Shown here: positions 6,622-14,389 of the stretch, piece after piece
Position numbering within the stretch: position 1 is the stretch's first letter
Layout of the letters: every line of letters begins with the position of its first letter
NCBI GenBank assembly: GCA_043803945.1
Contig: JAZDJN010000009.1
Span: forward strand, 1 to 14,389
Direction: 5' to 3'
Length of the DNA: 14,389 nt
Origin: a bacterium
GTDB lineage: Bacteria; Bacteroidota; Ignavibacteria; UBA10030
Position numbers and translations under genes: made by a program
The notes under the pieces: generated by a model
Database searches by the model: none
What the model saw: only the letters and a program-made list of their open reading frames with translations
Told to the model about the DNA's origin: nothing

Positions 6622-8961
6622 ATGCGACATACACTGAACATCCTTCTCATTGCTCTTCTTCTTGCCGGATCAACTGCGATGTCACAGACTCCGTTCAGAC
6701 AGGATAGTGCACTCTCCTATCTTAGAACCATTGCTGTCGATATTGGCCCCAGAACCATGGGATCTCCTGGTGAGCGGCAGGCGATGGAATTTGCCCTGAC
6801 AAAGTACCGGCAGTTTGGTTTGCAAGAAACATACATCATGCCGATTAAAGAGATTCCCGGTATCATGAACTCTGCACCCCGCAACACATCGAGCGGTGTT
6901 GCTGTCGGTATCCTCAAGGGAAAATCGGACCGGATGATCATACTCGGCGCGCATGCCGATTCAGACAGTCCGGACAATGCTGGTGCGAATGACGACGGCT
7001 CAGGATGTGCGGTCATCATTGAATTGGCGAGAATTCTTTCACAACGGCAGAATGAGTCGACTATCGTATTCGCTCTCTTCGGCGGAGAAGAGCAGGGCCT
7101 TGTGGGATCTAAATTTTTCGTCGATCATTTCGGGCAGCTCAATGATGTCGTGCTCATGCTGCAAGTCGATATGGCAAACGGTTCCGAATGGCTTATGCCG
7201 CACGTCGACTCTGAAAAATTCAGTTCCCCAGAGTGGCTTGTGCGAGCTGCCTATGAAGAATTCGAGAAGACCGGACATCATGGACTCTATTACCCAACGC
7301 ATTTCTTCGCCCTGATGAGCAGTCTGCCCGGTGGCGGCGTCGGTTCAGATCATGAACCTTTCCTGAGTCATGGTATCCCCGCAATTGATTTCACTACGTC
7401 AGTTAGCGACCCGATTCATACTCCGCTCGATTCGTTTGAGAATTTCAAACCGGGGGGATTGCAGCGTACCGGCGACTTGCTGTATCGGCTATTAGAACGG
7501 TTCGATGGAGGAGTTCCTGAACAACAACATGATACCTACTACCTCGTTCAACTCGGTACTACACCAATATTTTTTCCGCTCTGGCTTATTTCACTCTTTA
7601 TTGTTTCGGCTCTTCTCATCTCGTTCGTTGCACTTTTCCGAGCCCGACAGCACTACAAAAACAATCCTCCTGCCGACCATCGGAAAATTCCGGGACTGAA
7701 GCTTTTTCTTCTTATGCTCATCATTCAAACCGCAGTGTGGTTTTCGGAAAATATTGTCGGCCTTCTCAAAGGAGATCGTTATCCCTGGCTTCTTCATCCG
7801 ACCGATTATTTTATTCTCGGCGGTTTTGGTGCGCTCATTGGGATTTGGTTCAGCCTACAGCTCGCTCCCAAACTGCACATGAGGCAGGATGGATATTCCT
7901 ACTTTCTGCGTGCACTGATCTTCCTTTACATTTTCTTTCTTCTCACGGTGTTCGGTTCGGTTAAGCTCGCACTCTACCCGGCAATGGCAATTGGATTGCT
8001 CTCACTTGCAATGCTGGTGCGGCAGCCTGCGGTGAAGTTATTCTTCTGGATTCTTTCACCGCATTTCATGTTCCGGCTGCTGTTCTTTGAGCCATTTGAT
8101 TTTATAGCACGGATGGTCACTATCACCGGTAGCATGAATCATTTTTATAACCTGCTCCTGACCTTCTTGTATATCCTCTTCTTTTCAGTCTGGGCATTTC
8201 CCTTTCTTCTGGGATTTGCTGCCATCCGGTACGATTCCCGCGTCGATTTCTTCTGGCTTAAAACATTTCACAGGAAGAGTGGACTATTACTTGCGGGAAT
8301 ATTTTTCATCCTCACTGTCATTGTTCTCGCGATACAGCCCACGTTTTCGAATGAGTGGAAACAACGGATCTGGGCTGCTCAGCAATGGAATGTGGATTCA
8401 TCAACGGTTGGTTTTACGCTGAAGAGCGCAGAGTACATCCAAGGAACACGGATCACCGGCAACGGCATCGACACGGTTCTCCAGCGCGGGCTCGAAGCCA
8501 CGATCAGCACAACTCTGCCTGCGCCTGCTGTTCCCTGGATTCAGGTAAAACGGGAGATAGAAATGGAGAGCAGTGATTCAACCACCAGTGTAACGATTTT
8601 ACTGAAACCTAGATTCCTCTATCGTCCTTTCACAACCTCGATCTCTTATACAGTAAAAAAGGGAACAATCAAAACTCTCTTCTGCCCACTGGCCTCAAGC
8701 CGGACAGAAAGAACGATCACCCTGAGCTGGTATTCATTCCCCGACACAGCGCTTGTTATTCCCCTGAAGTTCAGTGTAGCGGGTACCGACAGCTTGATAG
8801 AAACACTCGATGCTTCATTTACTCAACCGCTGCACCCATTTACGCTCACCAAGGAGAACTCAGCTTTGAGTCAGAGTTCGCGGGTAACAAAGAAGACGCT
8901 GCTCTCCTTGCAGCCAATACCGAGGAGCGGAGAGGAACAACAGAAGCCACCGAGACATTGA
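6622..8961 (+). CDS. M28 family zinc peptidase with signal peptide, multi-pass membrane domain and C-terminal soluble domain
   Basis: Motifs GAHADS, GANDDGSG, GGEEQG, LQVDM, SDHEPF and IHTPLD, followed by about 8 hydrophobic helices. ATG at 6622 has GGAGG at 6608-6612 and a signal-like N-terminus (MRHTLNILLIALLLAGSTAMS). Confidence 0.9.
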   Translation: MRHTLNILLIALLLAGSTAMSQTPFRQDSALSYLRTIAVDIGPRTMGSPGERQAMEFALTKYRQFGLQETYIMPIKEIPGIMNSAPRNTSSGVAVGILKGKSDRMIILGAHADSDSPDNAGANDDGSGCAVIIELARILSQRQNESTIVFALFGGEEQGLVGSKFFVDHFGQLNDVVLMLQVDMANGSEWLMPHVDSEKFSSPEWLVRAAYEEFEKTGHHGLYYPTHFFALMSSLPGGGVGSDHEPFLSHGIPAIDFTTSVSDPIHTPLDSFENFKPGGLQRTGDLLYRLLERFDGGVPEQQHDTYYLVQLGTTPIFFPLWLISLFIVSALLISFVALFRARQHYKNNPPADHRKIPGLKLFLLMLIIQTAVWFSENIVGLLKGDRYPWLLHPTDYFILGGFGALIGIWFSLQLAPKLHMRQDGYSYFLRALIFLYIFFLLTVFGSVKLALYPAMAIGLLSLAMLVRQPAVKLFFWILSPHFMFRLLFFEPFDFIARMVTITGSMNHFYNLLLTFLYILFFSVWAFPFLLGFAAIRYDSRVDFFWLKTFHRKSGLLLAGIFFILTVIVLAIQPTFSNEWKQRIWAAQQWNVDSSTVGFTLKSAEYIQGTRITGNGIDTVLQRGLEATISTTLPAPAVPWIQVKREIEMESSDSTTSVTILLKPRFLYRPFTTSISYTVKKGTIKTLFCPLASSRTERTITLSWYSFPDTALVIPLKFSVAGTDSLIETLDASFTQPLHPFTLTKENSALSQSSRVTKKTLLSLQPIPRSGEEQQKPPRH

Positions 8962-9091
8962 GAACACAGTGGCAATTCATCGCTGAGTTATTGCGTCTTA
9001 TCGATGAAATGATTTTTCTTTAGTGAATTCTCCCCCTCCGCCGGGTCAGATCCCAAAATCGACCGATCCTAAAGAAAAACAATTGCCATTC

Positions 9092-9120
9092 TTGACATTC
9101 TTTTTAGAATTCCTTATTGT
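9092..9120 (+). promoter_or_regulatory. Putative sigma70 promoter for susC/susD
   Basis: TTGACA (9092-9097), 17-nt spacer, TATTGT (9115-9120). Implies a leader of about 260 nt. Confidence 0.6.
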
Positions 9121-9327
9121 TCGTTGTAGTTTTTACCTGTGACCTGTCGTAGTGAACTTGTTGATTAGTAATCTAAATTCATAATTCACGAATCACTAAC
9201 CAATATCAGCAAAGTGAGGGTAAATCCTTTTATGGACCAATTCCGTCATCCCCCATAGTTCCTTGGGTCTTTCTACAAAGTTTTTTCTGTTCTAGACAAA
9301 CTCGATTAACTCATATCAATCAGCACG

Positions 9328-9368
9328 CTTGCCATTGACCCCACCATAATTCACGGTCAATGAGCAAG
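9328..9368 (+). promoter_or_regulatory. Stem-loop just upstream of the susC RBS
   Basis: cttgccattgacc (9328-9340) pairs with ggtcaatg-a-gcaag (9355-9368), giving 13 bp with one bulge. The RBS AGGAGG is at 9381-9386. Confidence 0.5.
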
Positions 9369-9390
9369 GGCTCATCAAGAAGGAGGAGAT

Positions 9391-12300
9391 ATGAAACAAT
9401 CGTTACGGCGTTTCATCACGCCCTTGATTGTCCTTTCTATTTTCTTACCAGTAATTCTCTTCGCACAACAAGGCGCAACCATTCAAGGAAAGGTTACCGA
9501 TAACAAGACCGGTGAAGGCATCCCCGGAGCTAATGTCTTTATTAAAGAGCTCGCGGCAGGTGGTGTCACCGATGTTAACGGTGCCTACAGCTTTGTCATC
9601 CCCGGTGACAAATTCACCGACGAGGAAGTCGTTCTGAGTGTCCGCTATATCGGCTATCGTGAGAAGCTTGAAAAATTTGTAGTCAAGGCTGGTACGACAA
9701 CGAAGGACTTTATTCTCATTGAAGATCCACTTGGTATGCAGGAAGTTATTGTCACTGGTGTTGTCGGAGGAACATTCAAGGAGAAACTTGCATTCAGTGT
9801 CGACCGGATCAACAAAACCGCACTCGAACATGTCCCCGCAACCACAGCGGAACAGGCCATACGTGGAAAAGTTGCCGGTGTTCACATTGTCAAAGGAAGT
9901 GGACAACCTGGTACAGGATCAAACGTTCAAATTCGCGGAGCAAAGAGTATTAACATTGGTACCACACCATTGTACATCGTCGATGGCGTTATCATTGAGA
10001 ATGGCACGGTGAACCTTGATGCAACGAATATCGAGAACATTGAGGTTGTGAAAGGTGCAGCAGGATCTTCGCTGTACGGATCACGTGCACAGAATGGTGT
10101 TATTCAGATTTCCACCAATCGTGGTAGTTCGCTGCCAAGCGGTTCAACCCGTATCAATTTCCGAAATGAATATGGATTTAACCAACTTGAGCATAAATTA
10201 CCCTTATCGACCCAACATAATTATTTATACGATCCCAGCAGGCCAGACAGCCCATGGGTAAATTATCTGGGAGCCCATATAAGCCGGGCAGGGCGTGTTG
10301 CTGATACAACGTGGAGAGGACTTGTATTTAATCCAACCTTTAAGGATAAACCTTATGCCGGTAAACAATACGACCAGATCGATGAATTCTTCAACCCTGG
10401 AGATTACTACGAAAATCTCCTTTCGATCTCCCATCGTGCGCTCAATACAAACTTCTTTGTTTCTGTAACAAACCGGCGGGAATCTGGCATTATTGAAAAT
10501 CATTGGGGGTTTGGATCGCAATCATTCCGACTCAATATTGATCATACCTTCATCAAGGGAGTTGATCTGAGTTTTAGTGGATTGCATATGTCGTCGAAAA
10601 GAGCAAATATTGCCAGCAATCCACTCTTTACGCTCACATTCATGCCGCCGGATGTCGATCTGCGTTCACCAAATCCTGATGGCGATCCTTACATCGTCCA
10701 GCCTGAGCCGCAGATGAATGAAGCCAATCCATTGTACATGATAAACAATCTTGTGAACGAAGATAAAACAAAAAGGACGTTAGGAAACTTAACACTTCGG
10801 TATCGTCCGATGGATTACTTCGACATCGAAGCGAATATGAGTTATGACCGGAGCGATTTCTTTAACATGTCTTACACACGAAAAGGATACAAGACTGTCA
10901 ATCCTATAGGCGTTAGTACAGGATCGATGTCGACCTTTGACAGCGGTAATGAAGCGATGAATGGAAATTTTACTGCTTCGTTTGATAATATGTTTGGCGA
11001 TTTTTCAGTTCGCGCAAAAGCTCGATACTTATTTGAGACCACCAAGTATAGAGAGGAATCCGGAAGCGGCGCAAAGTTTGCCGTTGGCAATTTGTCGACG
11101 CTGAACTTGACGCAGGAGAGTAAGAATGTCGGCTCCTATACCGACAAGGTGAACGCAGATGGGTATTTTGGAATTATTGGTGTCGACTATCAAGGCAAGT
11201 ATATCACGGATTTTGTACTCCGCAATGATGGAAGCTCTCTCTTTGGCGCCGAAGACCGTCGACATTGGTACTATCGTGCCAGTCTCGCCTATCGTCTCTC
11301 ACAGGAACCATGGTGGCCATGGGCGGAGGATATCAATGAATTCAAACTTCGCTACTCGATCGGAACTGCCGGTGCACGCCCCGGATTTTCATGGCAATAT
11401 GAAACATGGAGCGCCAGTGGCGGCGCCGTTTCGAGAGGTGCGCTTGGCAATAAACTGCTCAAACCTGAAAACTCTACTGAGCAGGAAGTCGGCATGGAAA
11501 TTAGCGTTTCCAATAAGGTACTGCTGGACCTCACCTACGCAACGACAAAAACAGAGAACATGATCCTCAGCGTTCCGTTGGTGGCCTATCAAGGCTATGG
11601 ATCGCAATGGAACAATGCGGGTACCTTAAAGTCAACTTCGTTAGAAGCCAGCGTTAAAGCATTTCTGTTACAATCGGGTAACACAAGTTTGTCTGTTCAA
11701 TTCAACATTGATAAATTTACGCAAAAGATCGTAGAGTTTAACCGACCCGCTATGCGTACCGGTGGAGTGCAAACCACAAATCCATTCTACTATCGTACAG
11801 GAGAAATCCTGGGATCGTTCTACGGAATGAAATTTGCCACGAGTGTAGATGACCTGCCCGGACCGGCAAAAGCGTATGCTGACCAATTCCAGGTTAATGA
11901 TGACGGATGGTTGGTGTTTGTTGGAAAAGGGAATTCCTGGCAAGACGGGTTTGCAAAGAAGCTGTGGGGCGGCCGAGATACCGTTAAAACCGGGAAATAT
12001 ATGTACTGGGCAAAAACCGGAAATCTTGTTTACCAGTGGGGCATGCCAGTAAAGGTTCAAGATCCGGATTCTAATATGGGCGATTTGGTGTACCTCGGTA
12101 ATACCGTTCCCGATTTCAGCGCTGCGTTCTCCTCGACATTCCGCTGGGGGAACTTCACCGCCTATCTGCTTTTTGACGCACAAATCGGAGGAAAGATCTA
12201 TAATACGACGCGCCAATGGGCCTATCGGAATTTTGCCAGCGCCGATAACGATCAGATCGGAAAATCCAATGAAACAAAGAAACCGAATCAATACTATAGT

Positions 12301-12585
12301 GTCCTCTATGCAACAAATAGTGTAGCCAGTCCGTTTGTGGAAGACGGTTCCTACATGAAAGTACGTGAGCTCTCGATTCGGTATGCGTTTGACCGATCTG
12401 AATTAGCACCCTATTTTGGCGATTGGGTAAGCAGGATCACAGTGGGAGTCATTGGAAGAAATCTTCTCACTGTCACGAATTACAAAAGCTACGACCCGGA
12501 AGTCGGCAGTGTTACTCAACGATTCGATGGTCATGGCTATCCTAATTACCGACAATTCAACGGTGTTCTCGAGATCGAATTTTAA
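9391..12585 (+). CDS. SusC/RagA family TonB-dependent outer membrane transporter
   Basis: Signal peptide, N-terminal extension (GKVTD...GEGIPGANV), QEVIVTG TonB-box region, plug motifs PLYIVDG and EVVKGAAGSSLYGSRAQNGVIQIST, late barrel motif GRNLLTVTNYKSYDPEV and a C-terminal Phe. Confidence 0.96.
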   Translation: MKQSLRRFITPLIVLSIFLPVILFAQQGATIQGKVTDNKTGEGIPGANVFIKELAAGGVTDVNGAYSFVIPGDKFTDEEVVLSVRYIGYREKLEKFVVKAGTTTKDFILIEDPLGMQEVIVTGVVGGTFKEKLAFSVDRINKTALEHVPATTAEQAIRGKVAGVHIVKGSGQPGTGSNVQIRGAKSINIGTTPLYIVDGVIIENGTVNLDATNIENIEVVKGAAGSSLYGSRAQNGVIQISTNRGSSLPSGSTRINFRNEYGFNQLEHKLPLSTQHNYLYDPSRPDSPWVNYLGAHISRAGRVADTTWRGLVFNPTFKDKPYAGKQYDQIDEFFNPGDYYENLLSISHRALNTNFFVSVTNRRESGIIENHWGFGSQSFRLNIDHTFIKGVDLSFSGLHMSSKRANIASNPLFTLTFMPPDVDLRSPNPDGDPYIVQPEPQMNEANPLYMINNLVNEDKTKRTLGNLTLRYRPMDYFDIEANMSYDRSDFFNMSYTRKGYKTVNPIGVSTGSMSTFDSGNEAMNGNFTASFDNMFGDFSVRAKARYLFETTKYREESGSGAKFAVGNLSTLNLTQESKNVGSYTDKVNADGYFGIIGVDYQGKYITDFVLRNDGSSLFGAEDRRHWYYRASLAYRLSQEPWWPWAEDINEFKLRYSIGTAGARPGFSWQYETWSASGGAVSRGALGNKLLKPENSTEQEVGMEISVSNKVLLDLTYATTKTENMILSVPLVAYQGYGSQWNNAGTLKSTSLEASVKAFLLQSGNTSLSVQFNIDKFTQKIVEFNRPAMRTGGVQTTNPFYYRTGEILGSFYGMKFATSVDDLPGPAKAYADQFQVNDDGWLVFVGKGNSWQDGFAKKLWGGRDTVKTGKYMYWAKTGNLVYQWGMPVKVQDPDSNMGDLVYLGNTVPDFSAAFSSTFRWGNFTAYLLFDAQIGGKIYNTTRQWAYRNFASADNDQIGKSNETKKPNQYYSVLYATNSVASPFVEDGSYMKVRELSIRYAFDRSELAPYFGDWVSRITVGVIGRNLLTVTNYKSYDPEVGSVTQRFDGHGYPNYRQFNGVLEIEF

Positions 12586-12600
12586 TCCTCTGGAGGCATT

Positions 12601-14130
12601 ATGCGAAAATTCTTTTTACTTACTCAAATCATTATAATTTTTCTCTTGGGTTTATTTTGGGGGTGCATGGATCTCAATGTGTCGAATCCCAATTCACCGG
12701 ATAAGGATAAAGCGCTCGCGAGTCCTTCCGACCTCGAAGGGTACATCATGGGTTCCTATCGACTTGTTTTTAACGGATCTCAAGCACAATTCTTCCAGAA
12801 CATAACCCTCAGTACCATGGCAGACGTGCATACTTCTTCGTACGGCAATTGGGGTATGCAAGAATGTTCATCCGAGCCGCGGGTAGCTTTTCCTAATGGC
12901 CCGGGGTTTGGATATAGTGGTGATTTCTATTCCCCCTGGCAGGGAACCTACCGTGGTATCGCACAAGCTCACGATGGCATTGAGATTATCAAGGCTGGTA
13001 CAAAAATCGTGGATGTGAATAATGTAAACCAGACCACACGGACGCTTGCCTGGGCATATTTTGCACGAGGTATTGCCTACGGATGGCTCGCAATGAATTA
13101 TGACCAGGGGTACATACTGGAAGGAACCATCACGCAGGCTACCAAGCTTCCACTAAAGCCGTACACTGAACTTTTAAAGGCTGCATTGGCGGATCTGGAT
13201 GAGTGCATAAAGATTTGTGCAACAACATTTACCATTCCCAATTCTTCTACCGTTTGCAATGGCCTCACCATTACCAACACCGACCTCAAGAAGATTTGCT
13301 ATTCTTATAAAGCTCGATACAGAGCTTGTGTGGCGCGTACCGTTGCGGAACGTGCTGCGGTGGATTGGGCTACAGTCATTGCAGATGCTCAAAATGGAAT
13401 CACGACCGATTTCGCTCCTGTTGGAGACAACATCTTATTCTGGGAATATGGGAAATATTATGGAAGCGATCCTTCCTGGACGCGAACAGATTATAAACTC
13501 ATTGGCATCACGGATACATCGGGCGGCTATCAGGCGTGGCTGAACACACCTCTTACCTCACGGTCTGAGTTCCTTATTAAATCAGCCGATAAGCGAATTC
13601 ATCTTCCCGGTGATAACACAAAGGACGGTACCGATTTTGGCGTAGCAACTGCTTCTCCTTTTCCGCCAGATCGTGGCACTTACCACCACTCACGGTACTA
13701 TCATAAACGGTATAGCTACTTCAGGCCTCAATATCTTGGCCCAATGCCCGTGTTTATCATCCCCGAGATCGATCTGCTAATTGCGGAAGGTAAATTAAGG
13801 GCCAATGATAAAGCAGGGGCAGTCACTTTGATTAATAAGACGAGAGTAACGCGAGGTGGACTGAAAGCGTTAACCGGAACCGAGGCTACGGATGAAATTA
13901 TGAAGTGGTTAAAATATGAGAAGCTGATTGAAACGATGACAACCGCAGCCGGATTGGTGTTTTGGGATCGGCGCGGATGGGGCGATCTGGTGACAAACAC
14001 ACCCGTTCAGCTTCCGATTCCAGGTCGTGAACTGGATATTATCGTAATGACAAATTATACATTTGGCGGCGGTGGAGCTTTCTCGGCACCCAAAATCAAT
14101 TTTGGCCCGATTAAAGTAATCCCGTTCTAG
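12601..14130 (+). CDS. SusD/RagB family surface lipoprotein
   Basis: Lipoprotein signal ending LFWG-C, directly downstream of susC. Shows SusD-like patterns AYFARGIAYG, ALADLDECI, EIDLLIAEG...INKTR, EKLIE...FWDRRGWG and LPIP. Confidence 0.9.
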   Translation: MRKFFLLTQIIIIFLLGLFWGCMDLNVSNPNSPDKDKALASPSDLEGYIMGSYRLVFNGSQAQFFQNITLSTMADVHTSSYGNWGMQECSSEPRVAFPNGPGFGYSGDFYSPWQGTYRGIAQAHDGIEIIKAGTKIVDVNNVNQTTRTLAWAYFARGIAYGWLAMNYDQGYILEGTITQATKLPLKPYTELLKAALADLDECIKICATTFTIPNSSTVCNGLTITNTDLKKICYSYKARYRACVARTVAERAAVDWATVIADAQNGITTDFAPVGDNILFWEYGKYYGSDPSWTRTDYKLIGITDTSGGYQAWLNTPLTSRSEFLIKSADKRIHLPGDNTKDGTDFGVATASPFPPDRGTYHHSRYYHKRYSYFRPQYLGPMPVFIIPEIDLLIAEGKLRANDKAGAVTLINKTRVTRGGLKALTGTEATDEIMKWLKYEKLIETMTTAAGLVFWDRRGWGDLVTNTPVQLPIPGRELDIIVMTNYTFGGGGAFSAPKINFGPIKVIPF

Positions 14131-14268
14131 AGACCTGGCCGAAAAGTGACTTTGCCACTGAGTCACAGAGAGCACAGAGATAGTCTTTTTGAAATATTGA
14201 GGATATAATAAACATTTATTGATCTCAGTGAACTCTGTGTCTCCGTGGCGGACTTTTCGACCGGCTCT
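14131..14268. mobile_element. MITE/REP-like palindromic element C (138 bp), flanked by CTAG 14127-14130 and CTAG 14269-14272
   Basis: Terminal inverted repeats agacctggccgaaaagt (14131-14147) and acttttcgaccggctct (14252-14268) match at 14/17. Heptamers cactgag-t-cacagag-ag-cacagag (14156-14179) are mirrored by ctcagtg-aa-ctctgtg-t-ctccgtg (14224-14247). Confidence 0.83.
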
Positions 14269-14272
14269 CTAG

Positions 14273-14389
14273 AAACTTGGACGAAAAGTCCAACCACAAA
14301 GGACACTAAGGATGCGAAGAATAAAAAGAAAAAGGAGTAATGGAAATTTAAATTAATTCAACAGTTTTTCCTTTATGTCCTTGGTGAAC
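14273..14389. mobile_element. MITE/REP-like palindromic element D (truncated by the window end); intron-free counterpart of element A
   Basis: Begins aaacttggacgaaaagt-ccaac-cacaaag-ga-cactaag-ga-tgcgaag. Positions 14297-14389 match 137-229 except for one base (223 t vs 14383 g). Confidence 0.83.

Noticed and set aside
9292-9295. CTAG in the susC leader as a possible element junction
   Set aside because: No 17-bp end motif ending RAAAAGT and no heptamer array flank it. It is at most an unoccupied target site.
9121-9390. Cobalamin or TPP riboswitch upstream of the TonB-dependent transporter
   Set aside because: I could not find the B12-box or the TPP core (CUGAGA...) consensus in the leader.
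14156-14247. Resemblance of CACAGAG/CACTGAG to the V(D)J RSS or Transib heptamer CACAGTG
   Set aside because: The heptamers are internal and tandem, are not arranged with a 12/23-spaced nonamer, and no RAG-like gene is present. The similarity is probably coincidental.
137-14389. Composite transposon or genomic island bounded by the direct repeats
   Set aside because: The cargo is housekeeping (F0 ATP synthase, cell-wall genes) and there is no transposase or integrase. Independent insertions of a multicopy repeat explain the pattern more simply.

Overview
This is a bacterial chromosomal segment, probably from an Ignavibacteria/Chlorobi-like FCB-group organism. That assignment is inferred from a SusC/SusD pair and a Bacteroidota-type atp gene order combined with canonical sigma70 promoters and Shine-Dalgarno sites. 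The minus strand carries a GT4 glycosyltransferase and then an M23 peptidase-bactofilin-atpZ-atpI-atpB-atpE-atpF run. The plus strand carries an alpha/beta hydrolase, a membrane-anchored M28 peptidase and a SusC/SusD pair. The unusual material is non-coding and lies at both window ends. Tandem 138-173 bp palindromic elements are joined at shared CTAG tetramers and begin exactly at the TAG stop codons of atpF and susD. Each has ~17-bp terminal inverted repeats, inner arrays of CACNRAG heptamers and a variable AT-rich core. One copy (137-269) is interrupted at 136/137 by what looks like the 5' end (domain I) of a group II intron on the minus strand. The near-identical copy at 14273-14389 shows the empty insertion site. 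This suggests a group II intron that homes into a MITE/REP-like repeat family.
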